DNA from: Nitrosopumilales archaeon
Lineage (GTDB): Archaea > Thermoproteota > Nitrososphaeria > Nitrososphaerales > Nitrosopumilaceae
DNA length: 40,357 nucleotides
NCBI GenBank assembly: GCA_025350175.1
Contig: JANXYF010000070.1
Location: 1-40,357 of the forward strand
Reading direction: 5' to 3'
The translations under genes were made by a program, and so were the position numbers. The notes beneath the pieces are model-generated. The model did not search any database and was not told the origin of the DNA. It saw nothing but the letters and a program-made list of their open reading frames with translations. This document shows, one piece after another, positions 26,336-35,524 of this stretch (the first letter of the stretch is position 1; each line of letters starts with the position of its first letter).

Positions 26336-28504
26336 TTGGTAAAAAAAGACGAACTGCTCCAAATGCGGGTTGGGGAAGCAAAACAAAGAGATGTTGGAAA
26401 GAGACGAGCTAGAATAGAACCAGAAGCAATGACGTTTTTAAAAGTAGAAGCAGGCGATATGATTGAGATTACAGGTAAGAGATCAAGCTGTGCCATAGTT
26501 TGGCCTGCTGACGATGATAACAAATCACCAGATGTCATCCGAGTTGATGGTCAGACAAGAAAGAATGTAGGCGTTGGAATAAACGAACTAGTAAATGTAA
26601 AAAAAATAGTTGCAAAACCCGCAAAAAGTGTAACCCTGATGCCAGTTAATGGAAATGTCACAGTAGACAAGGAATTTACAGATTTTGTAAAAAATAGACT
26701 CAGAGGACTGCCTCTTTTAGAAGGGGACGAGATATCAGTTATGATTCTTGGAAATTCAATGGATTTTAAAATTCACAAGGTTTCACCAAAAGCTGTTGTA
26801 AAGATAGAACGTAGTACTGCAGTTACAATATTAACTGAAACAACTACAGATAAAAAAATCCGAGTTACATTTGAAGAGATAGGCGGTCTCAAGACCCAGA
26901 CAAAGAGAATGCGTGAAATTGTAGAGCTTCCATTAAAGCATCCTGAAATATTTACAAGACTCAACATAGAACCTCATAGTGGCATTCTCTTGTATGGTCC
27001 ACCTGGATGTGGAAAGACATTGATTGCAAAAGTATTGGCAAGTGAATCAGAGGCAAACTTCTATTCAATCAATGGTCCAGAGATTATGAACAAGTATTAT
27101 GGAGAGACAGAAGCTAGACTGAGAGATATTTTCAAAGAGGCAAAGGAGAACTCTCCCAGTGTAATATTTATTGATGAAATTGATGCAATTGCTCCAAAAA
27201 GAGAGGAGGCATATGGAGATGTAGAAAAAAGAGTAGTGGCACAGTTACTAGCTTTGATGGACGGCCTCAATGACAGAGGAAATGTCATAGTTTTAGGAGC
27301 AACAAACAGACCAGAAAGTGTAGACCCTGCGTTAAGAAGACCAGGTAGATTTGACAGAGAAATTGAGATCTCAGTTCCCAACGCAGAGGGTAGACTTGAG
27401 ATACTAGAAATTCACACGCGTGGTATGCCGCTCTTAAATGTAGATCTTAAGATACTTGCTGCTGAATTGCACGGCTATACTGGTGCTGACATTAAATCAC
27501 TTTGTAGAGAAGCTGCAATGAAAGCTGTAAGAACTCTCTTGCCAGATGTAGAAAATGAAACTGAAAAAATTTCTCCTGAAATTTTACTAACTTTGAAAAT
27601 TACATTACAAGACTTTTACGATGCAATGCGTGAGATTGTACCAACTGCAATGCGGGAATTTTATGTTGAAAGTCCAAAAGTATTCTGGAGAGAAGTAGGT
27701 GGACTGGATGACGCAAAAAGAATTTTGGAAGATAATTTGATAATGGCAATCAAGGAGCCTTTAAAATTCCAAAAGATGGGAATCAAACCTCCAAAGGGCG
27801 CACTATTGTATGGCCCATCAGGATGTGGAAAGACACTACTTGCAAGAGCTCTTGCGACAGAAAGTGGTGCAAACATGATACTTGTAAGAGGACCTGAGAT
27901 TTTGTCAAAATGGGTAGGAGAATCCGAAAAGGCAATCAGAGAGATATTCAGAAAGGCTAAAACTTCATCACCATGTATTATAATATTTGATGAGCTTGAC
28001 TCACTTGCACGCTCCAAATCAAGCGAAGAGGGCGGAATAGGCGAGAGACTACTCAGTCAGCTTTTAACAGAAATGGAAGATGGTGGAGCTTCACGAGTCA
28101 TAGTATTAGGAATATCAAATAGACCAGACCTTATTGATCCATCTTTGATAAGACCAGGTAGATTAGATCTAGTAATTTTTGTTCCACCACAAGATGAGAA
28201 GGGAAGATTTGAGATAATCAGACTACTTACAAAACAGATGCCACTTTCTGGAGATATAGATTTGAAAGAGATTGCAGTGGCAACAAAGGGGTATAGCGGT
28301 GCAGACCTGGTTGCAGTATGTAGAGAAGCCGCAGTAAATGCAATGCGAAACAGCAGTCCCAAAATTACAAGTGTTGACTTTTCCACAGCGCTGAAAAATG
28401 TCAAGGCATCAATTACAAAGAGTGTAGAAGAGTGGTATTCAACAGTTAAGGATAATATCTCATACGCATTACCAAAGCCAATGGACAAGGCATTTTACGG
28501 TTAG
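26336..28504 (+). CDS. cdc48: CDC48/VAT family AAA+ ATPase
   Basis: N-domain DVGKRRARI; two AAA modules ([16 protein letters not shown]; RPGRFDRE); C-terminal FYG. Confidence 0.96.
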   Translation: MVKKDELLQMRVGEAKQRDVGKRRARIEPEAMTFLKVEAGDMIEITGKRSSCAIVWPADDDNKSPDVIRVDGQTRKNVGVGINELVNVKKIVAKPAKSVTLMPVNGNVTVDKEFTDFVKNRLRGLPLLEGDEISVMILGNSMDFKIHKVSPKAVVKIERSTAVTILTETTTDKKIRVTFEEIGGLKTQTKRMREIVELPLKHPEIFTRLNIEPHSGILLYGPPGCGKTLIAKVLASESEANFYSINGPEIMNKYYGETEARLRDIFKEAKENSPSVIFIDEIDAIAPKREEAYGDVEKRVVAQLLALMDGLNDRGNVIVLGATNRPESVDPALRRPGRFDREIEISVPNAEGRLEILEIHTRGMPLLNVDLKILAAELHGYTGADIKSLCREAAMKAVRTLLPDVENETEKISPEILLTLKITLQDFYDAMREIVPTAMREFYVESPKVFWREVGGLDDAKRILEDNLIMAIKEPLKFQKMGIKPPKGALLYGPSGCGKTLLARALATESGANMILVRGPEILSKWVGESEKAIREIFRKAKTSSPCIIIFDELDSLARSKSSEEGGIGERLLSQLLTEMEDGGASRVIVLGISNRPDLIDPSLIRPGRLDLVIFVPPQDEKGRFEIIRLLTKQMPLSGDIDLKEIAVATKGYSGADLVAVCREAAVNAMRNSSPKITSVDFSTALKNVKASITKSVEEWYSTVKDNISYALPKPMDKAFYG

Positions 28505-28506
28505 AT

Positions 28507-28824
28507 ATGGCAGTTCCACTTCGAAATACAATATATGAAAAAATTAAGATAGCAGGATCCCTTACTGATTCTGAATTATCAAAGGCATTGATCAAGACAG
28601 GAATTTCAATACCAGAAGATGAGTTTAACAAGATACTTCTTAATTTAGAAATTTATGGCATGATAAAAGTAACATGGCTTACAAAGGATGAACGTAGAAT
28701 AGAGATATCTGAAAAAGAAGAAGACGAAGATGAGATAGAAAGACAGAACATGGAAAATCTAGAAAAAGAATACGAGTCAGGTTTTCCAGGTGTTGGTCAG
28801 CAAGAAGAAGAAATTCAAGAATAA
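28507..28824 (+). CDS. Hypothetical winged-helix-like protein with an acidic tail
   Basis: LTDSEL...FNKILLNLEIYGMIKV pattern; 2 bp after cdc48. Confidence 0.75.
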   Translation: MAVPLRNTIYEKIKIAGSLTDSELSKALIKTGISIPEDEFNKILLNLEIYGMIKVTWLTKDERRIEISEKEEDEDEIERQNMENLEKEYESGFPGVGQQEEEIQE

Positions 28825-28890
28825 ATTTATTGTTCAAGAACAATGTTAATCAATATATTATAAGCACCAATTGAATCGTTTCTTGTAGAC

Positions 28891-29400
28891 ATGAGTCAAT
28901 CTTTAAAAAATGACAAGAAAATGTTGACACTATCAATTGTAGCTGCTGCGGCAACTGTAATTGCTGGAATATTGCATTTACAAATGGTCCCAAGAACATT
29001 ATCTGAAAATTTAGGTCAAGCAGTACTATTTTTGGCCGGAGGACTGTTACAAATTTTCTGGGCAGTTCCAGTCATAAAAAGATGGGGTAGAGTATGGCAA
29101 ATCATCGGAATTGCTGGAACTGCCGTATTGTTTGCATTATGGTATGCAAGCAGACTCCACTTGATCCCAGAAGGTGGCATGTCTGAAGGCGGTCCACATA
29201 ATCAACAGCCAGGAGAATTTTCAAGTGGCAATATGACAGGTGGGGAGTTCCAAAGAGCAGGAGGTCCACCAAGAGGCGTAGGAATGCAAATTGGTAGAAT
29301 CCTGCCACAAATTGAGATCATCCAGATTGTATTCATGGGATTATACATTACCCTAAGCATAATGATCTCTAAAAAGAAAAAAGAGGTAAAACAAGTCTGA
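28891..29400 (+). CDS. Hypothetical membrane protein (4 TM, Gly-rich loop)
   Basis: Hydrophobic segments flanking a G/P-rich insert. Confidence 0.8.
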   Translation: MSQSLKNDKKMLTLSIVAAAATVIAGILHLQMVPRTLSENLGQAVLFLAGGLLQIFWAVPVIKRWGRVWQIIGIAGTAVLFALWYASRLHLIPEGGMSEGGPHNQQPGEFSSGNMTGGEFQRAGGPPRGVGMQIGRILPQIEIIQIVFMGLYITLSIMISKKKKEVKQV

Positions 29401-29432
29401 TTTTTATGAACTAGAATAGCGTTGGATGAAAT

Positions 29433-29774
29433 CTATTTACCAAGTTCTTTCATGTCGGCTTCAAGAATTATTAGTCTTCTTTGTGCAACATCCACTACAC
29501 GCTTTAAAATATCAATCTCATTGCTGTTCTGTTTTCCCATCTCATTTATGCTATCAAACAAAACTTTGGCCTCGTTTGTTAATCCAGTATCCATCTTGTC
29601 TAGCCTAGTTGCAAGATGAACATGATCCGCCTCTAACTTTTGTATCCTATTGCTAGTCTCATCTATTTTTTTATTTACCATATCAATTTCAGCATGAATT
29701 GACATTAATTCTTCTTCAATTTTGTTGGATGGCGATGAACGAAGTCTATCCATCCCCGGTATTTTTGGTCCCAC
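29433..29774 (-). CDS. Hypothetical coiled-coil protein
   Basis: 113 aa with heptad-like helical composition. Confidence 0.7.
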   Translation of the reverse strand: MGPKIPGMDRLRSSPSNKIEEELMSIHAEIDMVNKKIDETSNRIQKLEADHVHLATRLDKMDTGLTNEAKVLFDSINEMGKQNSNEIDILKRVVDVAQRRLIILEADMKELGK

Positions 29775-29882
29775 GATTGAAGATATGCTCAGTTCCTAGT
29801 TAAGGATATAGTAATAGACTATGATGATATAATGTACAACAGCACTTGTTCAAGATTTAACCATCTACTTTTTTTAGAATAT

Positions 29883-30263
29883 TTATGATGAATTATTTGA
29901 TCGGACCATACTTTGAATTGTTTTCTCTAGTGCAAGCATGTCAGTTGTTTTATGTATCGAACAGTTGACTCCATTATCTTGTAATTTTTTCAACTCAACT
30001 TCTGCAATATCCCCTGCTGAAAATACTAGTATGTTATTTTCTTTTATTTTGCCTGACTGTATCAGTGATTCAATAATATCATAGCCTGAAAATTTTGGCA
30101 TGGCCAGATCTAGCAATATGGCATCAAATCGTTGTTCCAAAATCATGGCCAATCCTTCCCTTCCATCGTTTGAGGTGACATAATCATGACCACGAGAATT
30201 CAGATACTCTCCAATCATATTTGTAATTGTTCTATTATCATCTATTGCAAGAATTCTCAACAA
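29883..30263 (-). CDS. Stand-alone response regulator receiver domain
   Basis: ILAIDD, ILLDLAMP..SG, FSA, conserved Lys (IHK). Confidence 0.9.
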   Translation of the reverse strand: MLRILAIDDNRTITNMIGEYLNSRGHDYVTSNDGREGLAMILEQRFDAILLDLAMPKFSGYDIIESLIQSGKIKENNILVFSAGDIAEVELKKLQDNGVNCSIHKTTDMLALEKTIQSMVRSNNSS

Positions 30264-30277
30264 GATACAAACAAAGT

Positions 30278-30321
30278 AACCTAAATTTTAGGTTTTAAGA
30301 TAAACTGACACTTGCAAGTGT
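30278..30321. promoter_or_regulatory. Two palindromes upstream of the receiver gene (putative operators)
   Basis: AACCTAAA-T-TTTAGGTT at 30278-30294 and ACACTTGCAAGTGT at 30308-30321. Confidence 0.4.
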
Positions 30322-30355
30322 TTGTAAAATAACAACTTGTATTGAAATTATGAGA

Positions 30356-31249
30356 TTATTTTATTATCGGAAAATGAAATGCTGCATCAAGTGCAATTGC
30401 CACAAATATTATTGTAAGATATGGAGCAGTCACCTTGTATGCCTTCCATGCAAATTCTGAAGTTGGAGTCTTGGTTAGTTTGTAATGATACACTAACATC
30501 AAGCCGCCAGACACTAAGGCTACTGCAAGATAGACATATCCCAATCCAAACGCCACAAGCATAACAGAATATGGCAACAAGATAGCAGTGTTAAGTAAAA
30601 TATACTTGGAAGTTTTTTGCATTCCAATTAGTACTGGAAGCATTGGAACTTTGGCTGCAGTATATTCTTCTTTCATCTTCATTGCAAGACACCAAAAGTG
30701 AGAGGGGGTCCAGACAAAGACAAGTGTACCTACCAATGCACCTAGAATATCCATAGAACCTGTTGCTGCAGACCATCCTGCCATGGCTGCACAGCTTCCC
30801 GCAAATCCTCCAATTATAATATTTGACCAGTTGCTGCGCTTGAGCCACACTGTATAGATAATCACATAGAAAAATATCCCTAAAGCAATAAAAAATGTCG
30901 ATACAGGATTTAGTGTAAACCACGCATATACTACAGAGATGCAACTTACTGCCAATCCATAGATCAAAACATTACGTGAGGACATTCTTCCAGAAGGAAT
31001 TGGTCTAGTACTGGTTCGTTTCATCAATGGATCAATGTCTTTATCATAAAAGTGATTGAGTGCACTTGAACCAGCAGATGCAAGCGCACCTGCTATAATA
31101 AGATGAAGAAAAGTAGTATAATTCAAAGGTGCGTTCATTATCAATTTGCTTGCAGCATACATCGAGGTAATTGCTGTAATAACAAGTAAAACTATGATTC
31201 TAGGTTTAGATATCTCAAGTACTTCCTTTAATCCCACGATCTTGAGCAA
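30356..31249 (-). CDS. cyoE: Protoheme IX farnesyltransferase (heme o synthase)
   Basis: KPRI..LL, N..YDKDID..MKRT..RPIPSG, YTVWLKR, WTPSHFW.L, EY..A.VPMLP. Confidence 0.95.
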   Translation of the reverse strand: MLKIVGLKEVLEISKPRIIVLLVITAITSMYAASKLIMNAPLNYTTFLHLIIAGALASAGSSALNHFYDKDIDPLMKRTSTRPIPSGRMSSRNVLIYGLAVSCISVVYAWFTLNPVSTFFIALGIFFYVIIYTVWLKRSNWSNIIIGGFAGSCAAMAGWSAATGSMDILGALVGTLVFVWTPSHFWCLAMKMKEEYTAAKVPMLPVLIGMQKTSKYILLNTAILLPYSVMLVAFGLGYVYLAVALVSGGLMLVYHYKLTKTPTSEFAWKAYKVTAPYLTIIFVAIALDAAFHFPIIK

Positions 31250-31336
31250 TTTGCAGGGAATTTAATTTCTTCGAAGATTCCCCTTTTTTTGCGAGTTCAA
31301 AAGAATTAAGTATTACACTTCGTGAAACTACCTCAA

Positions 31337-32443
31337 ATGAGTGACTGGGACCTAATGATGCCAGGAATGGGACTATCAGCTATAGGTCTTGCAGGTGTCA
31401 TTTTATCATACATGGGTATTGCCAACACATTCCTTACAGGAATGCAGGCATTAGCAGGTTTGACTTTGTTTATCGGTTTGGTATTTTTATCAGCAGGAAT
31501 GCTAAGTGGTGGAATATCTACTAGCGGACGAGCAAAGGCAACTACACTTGTGATATTTGGTATTGCTGGCTCTGTTGGAACTTATGCAATTAGTTTGAAT
31601 AAAGTAATCACATCATTGCCATTATTTGTCGGAATACTCATAATGATAATTATTCCAAGTATAGTAATCGCGTTTGCTGCAATGAAGACTCCAAAATACT
31701 TCAAGCCGATTGCAGTAATATTTGTACTAGCATCATTGACTGCAATTACATCCTATACAGTATTTGGTTTTGTCGGACCAGGAGCTCAATTTTCATTTCA
31801 CACTCCAGGACAGAATGTAACAGAGGCTGTAAATACAACTGCCGTTTCTACTGCCCCAGTTATTGTAATTAATATTCCACTCAACTCATCAATTCAAGGA
31901 CATCCAAACTTTGACCCTGCTACAATTTCAGTTCCCAAAGGTGACATAATAAAGTGGACAAATAATGATAAAGTTCCACATACTGTAACTAGCGCACCAG
32001 ATGGTTCAGTATGGGATTCTGGAATAATATCAGCAGGAAAATCTTACCAGTTAGATACATCAAAACTTAATGCAACAGAATATGATTATCTTTGCACAGT
32101 TCATCCGTTTATGACAGGAAAAATAACTATAACATCTCCTGTCAAACCGGTATTTGCAAATGTAACAATAGCAGCAGGTTCTGCAAAACAAGCCACGGGT
32201 CAGAAATATTTTGATCCTGCCGAGATTTCAGTAAAGACTGGAACTACGGTAGTCTGGACAAATGCAGACAGTGTATCACATACAGTAACCAGTGGAGACC
32301 CTAATGCTGGTCCATCAGGCATATTTGATTCAAATTTGATAAAACCTGGAAATACATTTAATCATAAATTTGATTCTGTTGGAACAACTCCATACTTTTG
32401 TTCAGTCCACCCATGGATGACTGGAAAAGTTACAGTAGGATGA
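31337..32443 (+). CDS. Membrane-bound blue (type 1) copper protein with two plastocyanin-like domains
   Basis: About 5 N-terminal TM helices; two HTVT...C.VHP(F/W)M.G ligand sets. Confidence 0.92.
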   Translation: MSDWDLMMPGMGLSAIGLAGVILSYMGIANTFLTGMQALAGLTLFIGLVFLSAGMLSGGISTSGRAKATTLVIFGIAGSVGTYAISLNKVITSLPLFVGILIMIIIPSIVIAFAAMKTPKYFKPIAVIFVLASLTAITSYTVFGFVGPGAQFSFHTPGQNVTEAVNTTAVSTAPVIVINIPLNSSIQGHPNFDPATISVPKGDIIKWTNNDKVPHTVTSAPDGSVWDSGIISAGKSYQLDTSKLNATEYDYLCTVHPFMTGKITITSPVKPVFANVTIAAGSAKQATGQKYFDPAEISVKTGTTVVWTNADSVSHTVTSGDPNAGPSGIFDSNLIKPGNTFNHKFDSVGTTPYFCSVHPWMTGKVTVG

Positions 32444-32850
32444 CAGTAAAGTCCATAGTTTTATCTAAAAATCAAATCGATATATTAAAACAGCATTCTG
32501 AAAAAAATTCTCCAAATGAGGCATGTGCCATACTATTTGGTAAAACAGATGATAGCAGTATAACAGTCAAGGAAGTTTTCCTTACAAAAAATATAGAAAA
32601 CTCACCAGTAAATTTTACCATGTCACCTGAAGAGTTGATACTAGCATACAGTAAGGCAGAGAGAGAAAAACTTGATGTCAGTGCAATATTTCATTCCCAT
32701 CCAGGGTCTGTGGCATATCCTTCCTCTACTGACAAGAAATACATGGAAATTAATCCAGTACCATGGGTTATTTTTTCAAACATACATGACGAGTTTAGAG
32801 CTTATATCTACGATTTAGATCTAGTCCCAGTTCCAGTAAAGATTTTGTAA
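32440..32850 (+). CDS. JAMM/MPN+ (Mov34) metalloprotease
   Basis: PNEACAILFG and FHSHP....YPSSTD; ATGA overlap with the copper protein gene. Confidence 0.92.
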   Translation: MTVKSIVLSKNQIDILKQHSEKNSPNEACAILFGKTDDSSITVKEVFLTKNIENSPVNFTMSPEELILAYSKAEREKLDVSAIFHSHPGSVAYPSSTDKKYMEINPVPWVIFSNIHDEFRAYIYDLDLVPVPVKIL

Positions 32851-32852
32851 TT

Positions 32853-32951
32853 TTACTTTTTGTGAACGTGTTTGTGTCGTTCAAGGTGGTCTTTGTCTGT
32901 AAAAGTTGTATCACAGTCTTTACATTTGAATTCGGTCTTTGTACCCCACAT
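32853..32951 (-). CDS. 32 aa single C2H2 zinc-finger peptide (missed by the ORF track)
   Basis: MWGTKTEFKCKDCDTTFTDKDHLERHKHVHKK matches F-x-C-x2-C-x3-F-x5-L-x2-H-x3-H. Confidence 0.8.
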   Translation of the reverse strand: MWGTKTEFKCKDCDTTFTDKDHLERHKHVHKK

Positions 32952-32984
32952 CGACAGGTATTGGGCAAACTAATCTAAAAGGCT

Positions 32985-33208
32985 TTAGCAAGACAATCTG
33001 AAAGTTATTTTTTTGCCATCAAGATTTATTGGAATTTTTATATCTTTTGATATAATTTTTCCAATAACATTTACAGGAGAATATGGTTTGATTTCACCTT
33101 TATTCCCAATAGGAGTTGGGCCAAAGAATAGGCGGATGGTTGCCCAGGAGGCCAATATGCAACGTCAAGCAAGATAACTAATGGTTTAGAGTTTTCTGCG
33201 GATACCAT
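32985..33208 (-). pseudogene. Cyclophilin-like fold (DUF369/TM1367-type) remnant, 5'-truncated and frameshifted
   Basis: ENSKPLVILLDVAYWPPG in one frame, then IRLFFGPTPIGNKGEIKPYSPVNVIGKI in another. Confidence 0.75.
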
Positions 33209-33273
33209 TATTGGAAATCATCTTTGAAGGATTTCAGTGATGTAGGTTTTGACTTTATGGCTGTTGGTTTTAA

Positions 33274-33323
33274 TTACCAATCATTACCAATAGTTACCAA
33301 TAGGTATATAACACCTTACCAAT
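33274..33323 (+). promoter_or_regulatory. Promoter with four TTACCAAT direct repeats around a TATA box
   Basis: TTACCAAT at 33274, 33284, 33294 and 33316; TATATAA at 33305-33311; ATG at 33336. Confidence 0.75.
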
Positions 33324-33335
33324 CAAAGGAAATAC

Positions 33336-33773
33336 ATGAGTAAAACACCTGAACCAAAAGAGTTCAATACAGAATCAAAAGAAATCCACTCAGTCTACAA
33401 GCATAGCGCAGACAGATTTTTTGATGAGGTAGAAAAATCAATACCACAATTCCATCAATCAATCACAAGTCTTCAGCGTTCATACATTGCAGCATGGAAA
33501 AAGGCAGTAGAATCTACCATGTCCATGACTCAGGAATTTGCAACAAAATGCGGCATGAGCACAGGCGTCACATCTACTATGGCAAAAATAGTAAATGGTA
33601 CAACTGAAGAATTCATGAAGGCGCATGCATTGCAAAATAAAGCAATACTGACTGCAATTGATGCTACCCAGCAATCAATCAACACATTCAACGATAATGC
33701 AAAATTGTACACTGGATTAGACCAAGGCATAATGCAATATTGGATTCAAGCATGCACACCTACACGAAACTAG
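33336..33773 (+). CDS. All-helical hypothetical protein (possibly phasin-like)
   Basis: 145 aa with amphipathic helical pattern and a clear promoter. Confidence 0.8.
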   Translation: MSKTPEPKEFNTESKEIHSVYKHSADRFFDEVEKSIPQFHQSITSLQRSYIAAWKKAVESTMSMTQEFATKCGMSTGVTSTMAKIVNGTTEEFMKAHALQNKAILTAIDATQQSINTFNDNAKLYTGLDQGIMQYWIQACTPTRN

Positions 33774-34112
33774 TGTAAAGGAGCTTTATCCTTTTTTATT
33801 TTAAATAATCATACCTGGATTCTTTATTCAATTATGATCCTGATCATCCCTTCCATTAGAAATGGGCTGAAGTCTATATGATGTGAAAAACTTGTGGCCT
33901 TAGATCCATCATGGACAGGCCAAATCACTTGAAAAAGACAAGTGTGAAGTACGTCTAAACAAACAGGCGTACTCCGGTGTAATCAGCCTACATGAATCTC
34001 AGATGGAGATTTCTACCAACTGGATGCATTATTGGAATAAATCACATTAGACAACTCCAAACTAGTAACTTTTGAGAATAGAGTACTCCAAGTGAATTAA
34101 TAAAAAATAGAA

Positions 34113-34238
34113 TTAATCGAGGTCCAATTTTGGAGTATCATCTTGTTCTTCGTTATTTGTTTCCTTTGTTACTTCCAGTTCTTCCTCTATGTCCTCTATT
34201 GGAGTTTGATTGGGTTCATTTATTTCGCTTGATTCCAT
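34113..34238 (-). CDS. Putative 41 aa highly acidic peptide
   Basis: MESSEINEPNQTPIEDIEEELEVTKETNNEEQDDTPKLDLD; 16 of 41 residues are D/E. Confidence 0.4.
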   Translation of the reverse strand: MESSEINEPNQTPIEDIEEELEVTKETNNEEQDDTPKLDLD

Positions 34239-34546
34239 GTTTACATTTAGCTTTGTTAACTTTAGAATCTTGTTCCTATAGAAGCCAGTGTAGTATCGAT
34301 CTTATGTTGTCTTATGGTGAACTAGATTTTTACATTAGATACTAGTACCCAAGTAAAAAGTGGCATAGTTTGGCATAGTTTTCAAAAAACATGGCAGTAT
34401 TCAAGAAAAATTCTCAAATATGCCATTTATATCACATATACGAAAAATTCATGATTGTGTCTTCAGAGAAGTGTAATTTTGTTCCATCCCATGTCTGCAT
34501 TATCTAACTTTGAAACTCTAAATAGAACTATTTTCAAACAGGAATC

Positions 34547-34804
34547 ATGGAAATTCACGTATACGACACATATGTAGAAGCAAAGGACGGCCACACGATG
34601 CATTTTGACGTCATTACCAGTCAGAAGGATCATGCTAAAGCAATCCAGTATGCAAAGGAATGGCTAAAAACAGTCGGAGAGACGGATTCAAAGGTATCAA
34701 CTGAGGAATGCCAATTCTGCCACTCACAAGGTGCACCAGAACCCATTGCAAATGAGATACAAAAGAAAGGTTATTTCATCCAAAAGATGGAAGGCTGCCC
34801 GTAA
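34547..34804 (+). CDS. DUF2024 family protein
   Basis: HVYDTYV..DG..MHFDV...C.FCHS...KGYFI..MEGC. Confidence 0.85.
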   Translation: MEIHVYDTYVEAKDGHTMHFDVITSQKDHAKAIQYAKEWLKTVGETDSKVSTEECQFCHSQGAPEPIANEIQKKGYFIQKMEGCP

Positions 34805-34873
34805 AGATATCTACTTATTTTTTAATCCAATCACTATTTTTAAAAACACTATTAGCGTATAGCATATCATACC

Positions 34874-35059
34874 ATGACAAAGAAGAGCCAGTACAGCAGA
34901 CTTTCAATTGAAGGAGATATTCAGACAAGATGGATATGTGGCTGTTTTGAGACAATAGATGGTTTTTTCAAATTTTGTGCACAGCACAAAGAGACAATGA
35001 AGCAGACCATAGAGGCCCAAATAGACAAGCTTGACATGACTACAGTAGTAGAAGAATAA
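34874..35059 (+). CDS. Small hypothetical protein with putative metal ligands
   Basis: 61 aa; WICGC...FCAQH. Confidence 0.65.
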   Translation: MTKKSQYSRLSIEGDIQTRWICGCFETIDGFFKFCAQHKETMKQTIEAQIDKLDMTTVVEE

Positions 35060-35068
35060 TTTTTCAAG

Positions 35069-35431
35069 TCATTTTCTTTTTGTATACGGCTTGAATGTAA
35101 TACCTGCAAGTCCACGTCTAACCATTTTGTTAAATCTCTTCCCATGACTAAGATATGGAAATCTCATGTGGATTAGTTCGTGAACTATTGTATTTTCAAG
35201 CACCTTTTCATCAGGAATTTTTCTTACGTTGACAAAGACAACATTATCCATGATATAAGATACTCCGAGATACTTGTAAGCTGATGTCCTTCTGCCCTCA
35301 GTTACACTCTTTGGCATTTCCAGCACCTCCTTTGTTGTCAGCAGAATCTTTGGCTCTACGATACTAAATCTTGCACAGTATATTCCTACTTTTTCTAGTA
35401 TCTTAAAACGAAGATCAGAGTCTAGCTTCAC
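35069..35431 (-). CDS. SprT/YgjP-like zinc metalloprotease-domain protein
   Basis: VHELIH..FP..SHGKRF. Confidence 0.75.
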   Translation of the reverse strand: MKLDSDLRFKILEKVGIYCARFSIVEPKILLTTKEVLEMPKSVTEGRRTSAYKYLGVSYIMDNVVFVNVRKIPDEKVLENTIVHELIHMRFPYLSHGKRFNKMVRRGLAGITFKPYTKRK

Positions 35432-35524
35432 AGAACAAGATACAGTGAAAACCCAAGTTAATGCATATTGTCAAAATGTATGTCAGCAATTGTGTAATTT
35501 TTTATTTTTACCATTAAAGTGGTA

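Noticed and set aside
29821-29882. ATGATGA as the C box of a second sRNA
   Set aside because: No D box or D'/C' pair at suitable spacing and no terminal stem.
31256-31290. GGGAAT...ATTCCC hairpin followed by a T tract
   Set aside because: It lies between divergent genes with no upstream transcript to terminate, and the stem is short; not supportable as a terminator.
33860-34050. Protein-like fragments (e.g. KSLEKDKCEVRLNKQAY) suggesting a decayed gene
   Set aside because: No start codon or recognisable family; cannot be supported without BLASTx.
34130-34345. 71 aa Leu-rich plus-strand ORF
   Set aside because: TTG start, and the composition is explained by the purine-rich acidic ORF on the opposite strand.
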